From the NCBI GenBank assembly GCA_009700405.1, contig WLMD01000001.1:221-64220 (forward strand): a DNA stretch of 64,000 bases, in the 5' to 3' direction. Positions 52,832 to 64,000 of this stretch are shown in pieces. The position numbers were made by a program, and so were the translations under genes. The notes under the pieces are model-generated. The model saw only the letters and a program-made list of their open reading frames with translations. It did no database searches and was not told the DNA's origin. The stretch comes from Actinomycetota bacterium (GTDB taxonomy: Bacteria; Actinomycetota; Actinomycetes; Nanopelagicales; Nanopelagicaceae). Each line of letters starts with the position of its first letter. Positions within the stretch are counted from its first letter, which is position 1.

Positions 52832-53143
52832 ATGGTTGCTCAGATTGATGATGTCACAGAAGCAATGAAAGATGTTGTGGACCCCGAACTTGGAATCAAC
52901 GTCGTAGACCTAGGTCTCATCTATGACGTCATGGTTGATGAAAACAATATTGCGATTTTGAATATGACACTTACATCGGCTGCATGTCCGCTGCAAGATG
53001 TTATTGAAGATCAGACCCGACAGGCGCTTTCTCACTTAACTAGCGATGTCCGGATTAATTGGGTGTGGATGCCACCTTGGGGCCCAGATAAGATTTCAGA
53101 CGACGGAAGGGACCAACTCCGCGCACTTGGATTTACGGTTTAG
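52832..53143 (+). CDS. sufT: DUF59 / SufT-like Fe-S assembly protein
   Basis: DPELGINVVDLGLIY and LTSAACP. The ATG at 52832 has an AGGGGAG Shine-Dalgarno. The track start at 52715 overlaps sufU. Confidence 0.85.
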   Translation: MVAQIDDVTEAMKDVVDPELGINVVDLGLIYDVMVDENNIAILNMTLTSAACPLQDVIEDQTRQALSHLTSDVRINWVWMPPWGPDKISDDGRDQLRALGFTV

Positions 53144-53146
53144 TTA

Positions 53147-55015
53147 ATGTCAACTCATGCAGGGTGGATGACTTTCCGTTCTATGACCGCCGATCCGTCG
53201 GTTAAGCATCAGAAACTTAAACCCGGAACTATCTCCCGAATTGCATCGTTCGCAACACCGTACAAGTGGCAAATCGTCTTCTTTCTAATAACGGTTGTTA
53301 TTGATGCTGTTTTGGTTATTGCCACTCCCTTGATATTACGACGCTTGATTGATGATGGCGTCATTCCCAAGAATGGTGGCTTAGTAACACAGCTTGCAAT
53401 CCTCGTAGGGGTGTTAGCGATTGCTGATTCTCTTATGAGCGTTGTCGGACGATGGTTCTCCTCGCGCATTGGAGAAGGTTTAATTTATGACTTGCGATCT
53501 ATTGTTTACTCGCATGTCCAACGTCAATCCATTGCTTTCTTTACTCGCACTCAAACTGGTGCACTAATATCTCGGATCAATTCGGATGTAATCGGTGCTC
53601 AGCAGGCGTTCACTGCAACCCTGTCTGGAGTTGTGAGCAATGTTGTGAGTTTGGTCTTAGTCGTAATAACAATGCTAGTTTTGTCCTGGCAAATTACAGC
53701 GGTATCTCTTGTATTACTCCCGCTATTTCTTATCCCCACAAAGTGGGTGGGGAAGCGTTTGCAGGGTCTAACTCGCCAGTCTTTCCAGTTGAATGCGGAA
53801 ATGTCGAGCACTATGACGGAGCGCTTTAATGTTTCGGGAGCCATGTTAGTTGCTTTGTACGGAGCGCCTAAGCGAGAGTCGGATTATTTCTCAGGTAGAG
53901 CACGTCGAGTGGCTGATATTGGGATAACTATCGCTCTTCTTAATCGTCTTTTCTTTGTAGCTCTGACCAGTGTTGCAGCAGTTGCGACAGCATTCGCCTA
54001 TGGAATCGGTGGCCACTTAGCCATATCTGGTCAAGTTACCGTTGGAACACTTCTTGCGATTACCGCATTACTTTCTCGTCTCTATGGTCCTCTTACAGCG
54101 TTGTCGAATGTTCGCATTGATGTGATGACTGCACTCTTATCTTTTGAACGTGTTTTCGAGGTACTTGATTTGAAGCCGATGGTTCAAGATCGCCCCAATG
54201 CACAGGTTTTGAATCGCACTTCTCTTGGCGTCGAATTTGTAAATGTGGATTTCTCCTACCCACGCGCTAATGAGATTTCACTTGCATCCCTGGAGTCAGC
54301 TGCTAAAGCCGAAACGGTTGAAAGCGGCGAAGTACTGAAGAATATTTCATTTACAGCGGCGCCAGGAACTATGACTGCAATTGTTGGACCATCGGGTGCT
54401 GGAAAGACGACGATAAGTGCATTGATACCCCGTTTATACGATGTGACCGGAGGGGCAATTCATATAGGCGGTATAGATATTCGCGATCTAACACTCGAAA
54501 GTTTGCGCGGGTCAATCGGAGTTGTAATGCAAGATGCCCATCTTTTTCATGAAAGCATCGCTGAAAATCTACGATACGCGAAGCCTGATGCGACGCTGTT
54601 GGAGATGCAGGAAGCTTGTGAATCGGCTCGAATATGGACACTTGTTTCCTCCTTGCCGAATGGTTTAGACACAATGGTTGGTGAACGCGGACATCGTTTA
54701 TCGGGTGGAGAGAAACAGCGACTAGCAATTGCCCGTTTGCTTCTTAAGTCACCATCGGTTGTTATCTTGGATGAAGCAACCGCGCACTTGGATTCAGAGA
54801 ATGAGGCGCTGGTTCATGAAGCGCTTCGGCTGGCTTTAAAAGGCAGAACAAGCATCGTCATCGCCCACAGATTAAGTACAGTGATGGAAGCGGATCAAAT
54901 CCTAGTGATGGAGAATGGCTCTATTGCCGAGCGAGGCACTCACGAGCAATTGGTTCGCGCTAAAGGACTTTATGCGGATCTATATTCGCGTCAAGACCTA
55001 TCTGGTCCTGCGTAA
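53147..55015 (+). CDS. ABC exporter half-transporter (fused TMD-NBD, MsbA/MdlB/Atm1-like architecture)
   Basis: Six-TM N-terminal domain followed by GPSGAGKTT, LSGGEKQRLAIAR and ILDEATAHLD. It starts 3 nt after the sufT stop. An alternative ATG at 53168 has a GGGTGG Shine-Dalgarno. Confidence 0.85.
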   Translation: MSTHAGWMTFRSMTADPSVKHQKLKPGTISRIASFATPYKWQIVFFLITVVIDAVLVIATPLILRRLIDDGVIPKNGGLVTQLAILVGVLAIADSLMSVVGRWFSSRIGEGLIYDLRSIVYSHVQRQSIAFFTRTQTGALISRINSDVIGAQQAFTATLSGVVSNVVSLVLVVITMLVLSWQITAVSLVLLPLFLIPTKWVGKRLQGLTRQSFQLNAEMSSTMTERFNVSGAMLVALYGAPKRESDYFSGRARRVADIGITIALLNRLFFVALTSVAAVATAFAYGIGGHLAISGQVTVGTLLAITALLSRLYGPLTALSNVRIDVMTALLSFERVFEVLDLKPMVQDRPNAQVLNRTSLGVEFVNVDFSYPRANEISLASLESAAKAETVESGEVLKNISFTAAPGTMTAIVGPSGAGKTTISALIPRLYDVTGGAIHIGGIDIRDLTLESLRGSIGVVMQDAHLFHESIAENLRYAKPDATLLEMQEACESARIWTLVSSLPNGLDTMVGERGHRLSGGEKQRLAIARLLLKSPSVVILDEATAHLDSENEALVHEALRLALKGRTSIVIAHRLSTVMEADQILVMENGSIAERGTHEQLVRAKGLYADLYSRQDLSGPA

Positions 55016-55735
55016 TAAGAAACGACCATAGATAACTAAACCGGCAAAGAACAACCATTGAAGTGCGTAGGCCATGTGTGGACCATCGGTTAATTCCGGC
55101 AATACGACGGGCGCCTTTGGATTCATCGTTGCGTCAGAAACGCTTATCAAGTCTAGGTAATATTTTTCAGTCTTAACGGTGGTGTTACTTTGTGCATTCC
55201 ATTTTGATATGAGCTTCTTAGACCCCTCGTTAGAAACTGCGAAGAAAGATCCTTGAGGTAACGAATTCTCGAGTCGTAATCTGCCAACTATAGAAACGGT
55301 CGTGACTGAAGTCCTCGGTAGTTGAGGGGGATCTGTCGCCGTTGCACCTGGCGCAATCCAACCTCGATCAATCCAGTAACTCTTGCCTGACTGATCGTGA
55401 AAAAGAGTGAGCAGATCAAAACCATATTTTCCTTCGGAGTAGCGATTTCGTAGCAAAATCTGATGTGATGGATCGAATTCTCCAGTAGTGGAGAGTTGGC
55501 GCCATTCCACCTCTTTATAGTTTTGACCGATTTGATTGATCTTGATTGGTGCCAACGACACATGCGAGGCGATGAGATAATTTCTTTCGTGTCGATCAAC
55601 ACCTCGGTGATATTGCCATTGACTAGCCCAACCACACACAATTACTAAAGCGAGCGCGATTACCGTCAAAAGCACAGAGGTCACAGGACCTTCGGTTGCT
55701 TGAGTAGTACTAGGAGAGGGCTTTGGGGCTGTCAT
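54998..55735 (-). CDS. SURF1-family cytochrome oxidase biogenesis protein
   Basis: N-terminal TM followed by WQYHRG, and C-terminal HMAYALQWLFFA, which are typical SURF1/Shy1 motifs. Start is uncertain: ATG at 55735 or GTG at 55684. The track start at 55819 lies deep inside the upstream gene. Confidence 0.78.
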   Translation of the reverse strand: MTAPKPSPSTTQATEGPVTSVLLTVIALALVIVCGWASQWQYHRGVDRHERNYLIASHVSLAPIKINQIGQNYKEVEWRQLSTTGEFDPSHQILLRNRYSEGKYGFDLLTLFHDQSGKSYWIDRGWIAPGATATDPPQLPRTSVTTVSIVGRLRLENSLPQGSFFAVSNEGSKKLISKWNAQSNTTVKTEKYYLDLISVSDATMNPKAPVVLPELTDGPHMAYALQWLFFAGLVIYGRFLLRRTR

Positions 55736-55976
55736 CAATGACTGCCGCTCCAGGTGCAATATTTTCGCGACCAGCATTTGCAATAACAACGGCGAAATAG
55801 GGGAGGAAGACGGCGCCAAATAGGGCTACCCAGCGATACGGGCTAGGGAGAATTACAGCTGCAATAAACGAGAACGTTCGAACCATCATAGAAATGAAGT
55901 ACCTACGTTGACGCCCAGGCATCTCATTACTGAGTGCCTTTTGGGCGCTGGTAATATCGTGAATCTCCTGGGCCAT
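55710..55976 (-). CDS. DUF3099 small membrane protein (Actinobacteria-specific)
   Basis: 88 aa with an RRYFISMMVR motif and two TM helices. It pairs with SURF1 in Actinobacteria. Confidence 0.75.
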   Translation of the reverse strand: MAQEIHDITSAQKALSNEMPGRQRRYFISMMVRTFSFIAAVILPSPYRWVALFGAVFLPYFAVVIANAGRENIAPGAAVIDDSPKALS

Positions 55977-56074
55977 GTATCAACCCTAGGCTTGAAGCGA
56001 GATCTTTGCACTTCCAAGGCATTTTATTGCGTGTAAATTCTTACTTACGCAACAGTAGCGAGTAAGTTCTCTCC

Positions 56075-56791
56075 ATGACCCAAACATCCGCTCCAATCGC
56101 CCTCGTAACTGGCGCTAATCGGGGGATTGGATTGGCAATTGCTCAGGAGTTGAAAAAAGAAGGGTTTCGGGTCGTTGTTACTCATCGCTCAGCACCAGCC
56201 CCTAAAGATTTTGATGCCGTAATCATGGATGTCACATCAAGTGAAAGCGTGGACGCTGCTTTCTCCGAAGTTGAAAGCAAGTTTGGCGTTCCTGAAGTCA
56301 TTGTTGCAAATGCAGGGATCACGAAAGATGGCTTAGTGATGCGCATGAGTGACGAAGACTTTCTTGATGTGATTGATGCAAATTTAACTGGAGCATTCAG
56401 AGTTGCACGACGTGCGACCAGAGGCCTGCTTAAACTTAAACGTGGTCGTTTGATTTTTATCGGCTCAGTTGTTGGAAGTGTTGGATCTGCAGGACAAGTT
56501 AATTATTCTGCAAGCAAATCTGGATTAGTTGGTATGGCCCGATCCTTCGCAAGAGAATTGGGTAGCCGCGGGATAACTTCAAATGTTATTGCTCCGGGTT
56601 TTGTGGAAACAGACATGACGGCAATCCTGGAGGATGCTCGCCGAAGTTCCATCGCTGCCTCGGTTCCTCTGGGTAGATTCTGTTCGGCAGAGGAGATTGC
56701 GGGTGTCGTAGGTTTTATAGCATCAGAAAAAGCGTCCTATATAACGGGCGCGGTAATACCGGTTGACGGCGGATTAGGAATGGGGCACTAG
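56075..56791 (+). CDS. fabG: 3-oxoacyl-ACP reductase (FabG/MabA-like SDR)
   Basis: VTGANRGIG and a YSASK catalytic motif. Directly upstream of the enoyl reductase gene, as in the mabA-inhA arrangement. Confidence 0.88.
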   Translation: MTQTSAPIALVTGANRGIGLAIAQELKKEGFRVVVTHRSAPAPKDFDAVIMDVTSSESVDAAFSEVESKFGVPEVIVANAGITKDGLVMRMSDEDFLDVIDANLTGAFRVARRATRGLLKLKRGRLIFIGSVVGSVGSAGQVNYSASKSGLVGMARSFARELGSRGITSNVIAPGFVETDMTAILEDARRSSIAASVPLGRFCSAEEIAGVVGFIASEKASYITGAVIPVDGGLGMGH

Positions 56792-56792
56792 C

Positions 56793-57560
56793 GTGGGATT
56801 ACTTACTGGGAAAAATATTTTGGTTACTGGAGTCCTAACGGATGCATCGATAGCCTTCCATATCGCACGATTGGCGCAAGAAGAAGGCGCTACGGTCGTG
56901 TTGAGTTCATATGGACGCGTCTTTCGTCTTACAGAAAGAATTTCAGCTCGTTTGCCACAACTTGCTCCCGTCGTAGAACTCGATGTCACCAATGAAGAAG
57001 ACTTGGCTGCTCTTCCTGATCGTTTGCGAGTTCATGTTCCTAATCTTCATGGAGTAGTTCATGCAATTGGTTTCGCTCCAGAAGCTGCACTCGGTGGAAA
57101 TTTTCTCAATACATCGTGGCCTGATGTTGCAACAGCGCTACATGTTTCGGCCTTTTCCTTAAAAGCTCTAACGATGGCAGCCAAGCCCATGTTCGAAGGT
57201 GGAGCATCTGTAGTTGGGTTAGATTTTGATGCCAGCGTTGCATGGCCAAAGTACGACTGGATGGGTGTGGCTAAAGCCGCACTTGAATCCACCTCTCGTT
57301 ATTTAGCACGAGATCTTGGAGCAGAAAATATTCGCGTCAATCTCGTAGCTGCCGGTCCCATCAAGACAATGGCAGCGAAATCTATTCCTGGTTTTGAACA
57401 GTTCGAGCACCTCTGGGATGAACGCTCGGCCCTGGCGTGGGATGTCACTGATCCTGTGCCAACGGCTCAAGCAACCGTGGTCTTGCTCTCGGACTGGCTC
57501 CCTAAGACCACCGGGGAAATACTCCATGTTGATGGCGGCATGCACGCCATGGGTGGGTAG
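56793..57560 (+). CDS. fabI: Enoyl-ACP reductase (NADH), FabI/InhA type
   Basis: GxxxxxSIAFHIA and the Y-x6-K motif (YDWMGVAK). GTG start 1 nt after the fabG stop. Confidence 0.88.
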   Translation: MGLLTGKNILVTGVLTDASIAFHIARLAQEEGATVVLSSYGRVFRLTERISARLPQLAPVVELDVTNEEDLAALPDRLRVHVPNLHGVVHAIGFAPEAALGGNFLNTSWPDVATALHVSAFSLKALTMAAKPMFEGGASVVGLDFDASVAWPKYDWMGVAKAALESTSRYLARDLGAENIRVNLVAAGPIKTMAAKSIPGFEQFEHLWDERSALAWDVTDPVPTAQATVVLLSDWLPKTTGEILHVDGGMHAMGG

Positions 57561-57778
57561 GGCGGCTCGCAGACTCAATTTCGCGTCTGACCAACCCTCT
57601 AGTACCCTTACCTCAGACCAGTGGCCAAGTTGGCACTGCAAGAGGAGTACCGCTCCCACCTCCATCGCTTCGGCGAGTTGGTATGTCGATGCCCAGAGTT
57701 TATGGGTTTCTTCGCGGTGTTCACCCTTGCAGCAACTTATCTACTGCGTTACTAACGAACCGCTATGAAGGAGTATGT

Positions 57779-58363
57779 ATCAGCACTGAAGCCCGCATTA
57801 ATGATCGCATTCGCGTCCCTGAAGTTCGTCTCATCGGTCCAACCGCTGAACAAATCGGAGTCGTAGATATCGATACCGCATTGCGAATGGCAGATGAGGT
57901 TGGTCTCGATTTAGTCGAGATTGCACCAGATGCCGTTCCACCCGTGTGCAAGATCATGGATTTCGGAAAGTACAAATACGAGATCGCACAGAAGGCCCGG
58001 GAAGCGAGACAGAACCAAACTCACATCATTGTGAAGGAAGTTCGAATGCGACCAAAGATTGAAGCTCACGATTATGAGACCAAACGGAATCACATCGAGA
58101 AGTTTCTTCGCGGAGGCGACAAAGTAAAGATAACAATGCAATTTCGTGGTCGTGAACAAACTAGGCCTGAGTTGGGATACAAACTCTTGCAACGTCTTGC
58201 AGAAGACATCAAGGAGTTTGGATTCATTGAATTTGCACCTAAACAAGAGGGTCGCAATATGACAATGGTTCTTGGTCCCACTAAACGTAAGACCGAAGCA
58301 GTGGCAGAACAGAAAGCGGCTCGAAAAGCCAAAGCTGATGCCGCCGATACAGCAGCAGAGTAA
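57779..58363 (+). CDS. infC: Translation initiation factor IF-3 (non-canonical ATC start)
   Basis: Conserved IF3 sequence begins at (I)[28 protein letters not shown] Shine-Dalgarno sits at 57767-57773, 5 nt upstream of the ATC at 57779. The only in-frame ATGs (57683 and 57689) would add about 32 unconserved residues. Confidence 0.8.
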   Translation: MSTEARINDRIRVPEVRLIGPTAEQIGVVDIDTALRMADEVGLDLVEIAPDAVPPVCKIMDFGKYKYEIAQKAREARQNQTHIIVKEVRMRPKIEAHDYETKRNHIEKFLRGGDKVKITMQFRGREQTRPELGYKLLQRLAEDIKEFGFIEFAPKQEGRNMTMVLGPTKRKTEAVAEQKAARKAKADAADTAAE

Positions 58364-58400
58364 GAACTTCTAAAGTACCAACGAGAGAAAGAACGCGAAT

Positions 58401-58598
58401 ATGCCAAAGATGAAAACGCACAGTGGCGCGAAGAAGACTTTCCGCGTCACCGGAACTGGAAAGATCATGCACGAGCGAGCTGGCAAGCGCCACCTTCTTG
58501 AGCGCAAATCTTCGCGTCACACACGCCGTCTGAGCAATGATGCAACGGCCAAGCCAACTACAACTTTTACAGCCAAGCGCATGCTTGGTCTGAAGTAA
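58401..58598 (+). CDS. rpmI: 50S ribosomal protein L35
   Basis: [14 protein letters not shown]. Confidence 0.95.
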   Translation: MPKMKTHSGAKKTFRVTGTGKIMHERAGKRHLLERKSSRHTRRLSNDATAKPTTTFTAKRMLGLK

Positions 58599-58611
58599 GG
58601 AGCGCCCCTAA

Positions 58612-58986
58612 ATGGCAAGAGTCAAACGTGGCGTACATGCCGCCAAGAAGCGTCGTACCACCCTCGAACGTGCCGCTGGTTACCGCGGTCAACGTTCACG
58701 CCTCTACGCGAAAGCAAAAGAGCAACTTACGCACTCCATGGTCTATGCGTTCAATGACCGCAAAGATAAAAAGGGAGATTTTCGTCAACTGTGGATTCAG
58801 CGCATCAATGCTGCAAGCCGTGAAAATGGCATGACCTATAACCGTTTCATCCAAGGCCTTAAAGCCGCAGGTGTAGAGGTTGATCGTCGTGTTCTTTCTG
58901 AGTTGGCAACTAATGAGCCAGAAACTTTCAAGACACTAGTTGAAGTTGCTCGCAAGAGTCTCGTCAGCGCGCAAGCAAATATCTAA
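58612..58986 (+). CDS. rplT: 50S ribosomal protein L20
   Basis: [15 protein letters not shown]. Confidence 0.95.
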   Translation: MARVKRGVHAAKKRRTTLERAAGYRGQRSRLYAKAKEQLTHSMVYAFNDRKDKKGDFRQLWIQRINAASRENGMTYNRFIQGLKAAGVEVDRRVLSELATNEPETFKTLVEVARKSLVSAQANI

Positions 58987-59007
58987 TTTAATCTGATTTA
59001 AGATCTG

Positions 59008-60829
<1,822 letters not shown>

Positions 60830-60830
<1 letters not shown>

Positions 60831-63295
60831 TGCGCGCACCGTTGTCATGGCTTCGTGAATATGCAGCAATCCCTGAGGATGTCTCTCCGCAGGAAATAGC
60901 TGACGCCTTCGTACGAGTTGGCTTTGAGGTTGAAGAGATTGAGATGCAGGGTCTGGAGATTGTTGGCCCTCTGGTTATTGGTCGCGTACTCAGCGTCGAA
61001 GAGATAACTGAATTCAAGAAACCTATCCGTTGGGTGGGTCTTGATTGTGGCGAGAGTGAAACTAGATTCGTAGTGTGCGGGGCAACCAATTTTGCAGTGG
61101 ATGACCTCGTTGTAGTCGCTCTACCTGGAGCGAGTTTGCCTGGTGGATTCAACATTGCTCAGCGTGAAACATATGGGAAAATTAGCAACGGAATGATTTG
61201 CTCATCAAAAGAAATTGGTCTGAGCCAAGATCATGAAGGAATTCTTGTTTTACCAGTTGGGTGCGCAGTTGCCGGAACTGATGCAATTGCGCTCTTACAG
61301 ATAGCGGATGTAATTTTCGATATAGCCGTCAATCCAGATCGCGGGTATGCACTTTCCTTGAGGGGATTGGCTCGCGAGATTGCTGCATCTTTAGATGTTG
61401 AATACCAAGACCCTGTCTCATCGATTGATGACACAAGCCTTGTGGTTACTGACAAGGGCGTTAAGGTCACAATCGAGGATCCATCTGCTGCCTCAGTTGT
61501 CTATATACGAACCCTTGAGAAATTTAATCCGTTAGCGCCGACTCCATTGTGGATGCGTCGCCGTATTGAAAAATGTGGAATGCGTTCAATCTCTTTGGCT
61601 GTTGATATAACTAATTATGTGATGCTGGAATTGGGCCAACCACTGCATGCCTTTGACGGTGACAAAGTCCACGGAGGGTTGCGTATTCGCCGAGCTGGGG
61701 ATATTGCAACACTGAAAACCCTCGATGGCCAGATTCGATCCTTAGATTCAATGGACTTATTAGTTGCAGACGACAATGGGGCTTTAGCGCTAGCAGGCAC
61801 GATGGGTGGCGAAAGCTCTGAAGTCACTGAAGGTACTCAAAGAATCGCTCTTGAGGCTGCACGATTTGATCCAATTTCGATTGCAAAGAATTCACGCAGA
61901 CATCGTCTCTCTTCAGAGGCATCGCGACGATTAGAACGCGGAGTAGATCCATCATTGGCTCGCTTTGCTTCGGCACGCGCTGTTCACTTACTTATCGAAC
62001 TCGGCGGTGCGAGCCATGTTGATACTCAAATTGATGGATCACCAATATTTAGCCCTGTTATCGAGTTGGACCCATTTTTCGTTTCTGCATTAACCGGTGC
62101 AAATATTGATTCCTCTACCGTCGCAGAAAAATTACGAATTGTTGGCTGCGATGTTGAAGAAGTTGAAGGAAATCTCTGGAAAGTCGATCCTCCTACCTGG
62201 CGTAGTGATTTATTAGGGCCTGCAGATTTAGTCGAAGAAGTTGCACGAATGATTGGTTATGACGCCATTCCTTCACACTTACCGCCACATCCAGTAAGTC
62301 CAGGTTTGACCGACTCTCAAGTACGTCGAAGGGTTATCGCCACAACTCTGGCTGATTTAGGTCTCGTCGAGATTCAAACCTACCCTTTTCTTTCTCGGGC
62401 CACGATTACCGCTTTGGGTTACGAAGGAGATCGAGCGAAAGCTTTTCGTTTAGCTAATCCGATGTCCGAAGATTTCCCCTTATTGCGACCACACCTCATT
62501 CCTGGTTTGCTAGAAGCTGCTCAACGAAATGTCAGTCGTGGGGCAAAGAACTTCGCTCTTTTTGAAATGGGTTCTGTATTCCGGAACACGCGAACATTGC
62601 CAACAATCGATAATCCTTCAACTGCCTCGCGACCGGCTCGAGAAGTTATTGAACAGATTTATTCTGGTGTTCCAGAGCAACCAATCCATGTTGGAGCAGT
62701 TCTTGTTGGAGCGGCAGAGGCTGAGAATTGGAGAGGAAAAGGTCGCGCGTATGACTGGAGCGATGCTGTTGCCTTTGCGCAAGCCATTCTTGAAACCTGC
62801 AATCTTGACTGGACTCTTGACCGTTCTGATTTAGCACCGTGGCACCCAGGTCGGTGTGCAGAGTTATCGGTGGGTGGCGTAGTTGTAGCCCACGCTGGAG
62901 AGTTGCATCCTCGTGTTGTGGCGCTATACGGGCTTCCTGCACGTGCTTGCGCACTTGTAGTGAATCTCTCTTCATTGCCTGAAAGAGAGATTGTGCGTGC
63001 CGGCTTTATTGCCACAATGCCAGTGGCGGTGCAAGACATCGCACTTATAGTCGATGCGAGCGTTCCTGCCTCATCCGTTGAACGGGCTCTCACTGAAGGT
63101 GCTGGGCCGCTATTGGAATCCATTCAACTATTCGATCGGTATGACCAGATGGGCGAGGGTAAAGTTTCATTAGCCTTCACTCTGACATTTAGAGCTCCTG
63201 ATCGAACCTTGACCGGAGCAGAAGTATCTGCCATGCGAGAAGCAGCGGGTTTACGTGCGAGCCAGGCCACAGGGGCAGTCGTTCGTTCTGCATAA
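60830..63295 (+). CDS. pheT: Phenylalanine--tRNA ligase beta subunit
   Basis: MRAPLSWLREY start, tRNA-binding, B3/4 and B5 domains and a C-terminal FDX-ACB domain. TAATG overlap with pheS. Confidence 0.95.
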
Positions 63296-63307
63296 AAATA
63301 CAAATTC

Positions 63308-63323
63308 TTGCATAATTATAGAT
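63308..63323. promoter_or_regulatory. Candidate ARG box (ArgR operator) upstream of argC
   Basis: TTGCATAATTATAGAT has a TGCATA half-site, an AT-rich centre and a degenerate second half-site. It lies 21 nt upstream of the argC ATG. Confidence 0.35.
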
Positions 63324-63343
63324 AGTTCGGCTATGCTCAAACT

Positions 63344-64000
63344 ATGAAAATAGGCTTATTGGGTGCCAGCGGTTACACCGGGGGCGAGCTTCTGCGTTTA
63401 CTTGAAAGCCACCCAGATTTTGAACCTCACTTTATCGGAGCATTTACACATGCTGGCGAGAAGATAATCAATCTTCATCCGCAACTCGTTGGCTATGGAG
63501 ATCAACTCTTTGACTCGATGAATATTTCCAAAGCAAACGAATGCGAATTGCTCTTTCTAGCCATGCCACATGGAGAGTCCGCGGCGATCGTTTCTCAGAT
63601 TTCTGGTGACAAGAAGATTGTTGATTTAGGAGCAGATTTCAGATTAGAAAATTCCGATTCGTGGGAGAGATACTACGGAGGAGAACATGCTGGTACATGG
63701 GTTTATGGAATGCCAGAATTACCAGGATCTCGTCAAAAGATTGCTGCATCTAGCAAAATTGCCAACCCCGGATGTTATGCGACCGCCATTGCTCTTGGAG
63801 CCTTCCCGGCTCTTAACGTAATTAATGCGTCAGATATCGTCGTCGTCGCCGCTTCCGGAACAACAGGTGCTGGGCGCTCCCCAAAAGTTACATTACTTGG
63901 GAGTGAAGTGATGAATTCTCTCACTTCTTACAAATTTGGGGGAGTACACCAACACACGCCAGAAATTGAGGAATCTCTATCGCGTATTTCCAATACCAAG
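63344..64000 (+). CDS. argC: N-acetyl-gamma-glutamyl-phosphate reductase (3' partial, runs off the right edge)
   Basis: My translation is MKIGLLGASGYTGGELLRLLESHPDF...ANPGCYAT (catalytic Cys region). The frame is open to the window end, and this gene is absent from the ORF track. Confidence 0.88.
   Translation, partial: MKIGLLGASGYTGGELLRLLESHPDFEPHFIGAFTHAGEKIINLHPQLVGYGDQLFDSMNISKANECELLFLAMPHGESAAIVSQISGDKKIVDLGADFRLENSDSWERYYGGEHAGTWVYGMPELPGSRQKIAASSKIANPGCYATAIALGAFPALNVINASDIVVVAASGTTGAGRSPKVTLLGSEVMNSLTSYKFGGVHQHTPEIEESLSRISNTK

Noticed and set aside
56040-56066. Inverted repeat CTTACT-N15-AGTAAG just upstream of fabG as a possible FasR/MabR-type operator.
   Set aside because: There are only 6 bp per arm in a 98-nt region, which is easily a chance occurrence. 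It does not resemble any operator I can name.
57775-57789. Mini-uORF ATG-TAT-CAG-CAC-TGA (MYQH) overlapping the infC start.
   Set aside because: The ATG is only 1 nt from the Shine-Dalgarno, which is too close for initiation, and it is out of frame. It is most likely incidental.

Overview
This window is a very compact, almost entirely housekeeping chromosomal segment. About 60 protein genes sit with tiny or overlapping junctions. Gene content and order are typical of Actinobacteria: hisF-hisI-trpE-(small membrane ORF)-trpCBA-lgt, gltBD, pyk, a tRNA, a PdtaR-like ANTAR response regulator, a liv-type ABC transporter, polA, rpsA, coaE, uvrB-uvrA-uvrC, rapZ-yvcK-whiA, gap-pgk-tpiA-secG, rbpA, ctaA-tkt-tal-pgi on the minus strand, sufR-sufBD-Rieske-sufCSU-DUF59, SURF1/DUF3099, fabG-fabI, infC-rpmI-rplT, pheST and the start of argC. 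RbpA, WhiA, DUF3099 and SufR mark the phylum. By eye the GC content is moderate to low for an actinobacterium (not computed). Together with the extreme gene packing, this suggests a streamlined lineage, possibly freshwater acI/Nanopelagicales-like; that is speculation. I found no mobile elements, CRISPR arrays, defence islands or obviously accessory DNA, and nothing I can defend as a new multi-gene system. The items worth a second look are small-scale. (1) A 73-nt tRNA has a CAA (Leu) anticodon and Leu-type D-arm, A15/U48 and A73, but only a 5-nt variable loop. (2) The 3' end of that tRNA lies 1 nt from the ATG of the ANTAR regulator gene. (3) An untracked 56-codon membrane ORF is translationally coupled between trpE and trpC. 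(4) A candidate SufR operator overlaps the likely sufR start. (5) An ABC half-transporter follows the suf operon after a 3-nt spacer. (6) An exact 10-nt pyrimidine-rich direct repeat sits in the rpsA leader. (7) infC appears to start at ATC behind a 218-nt leader.
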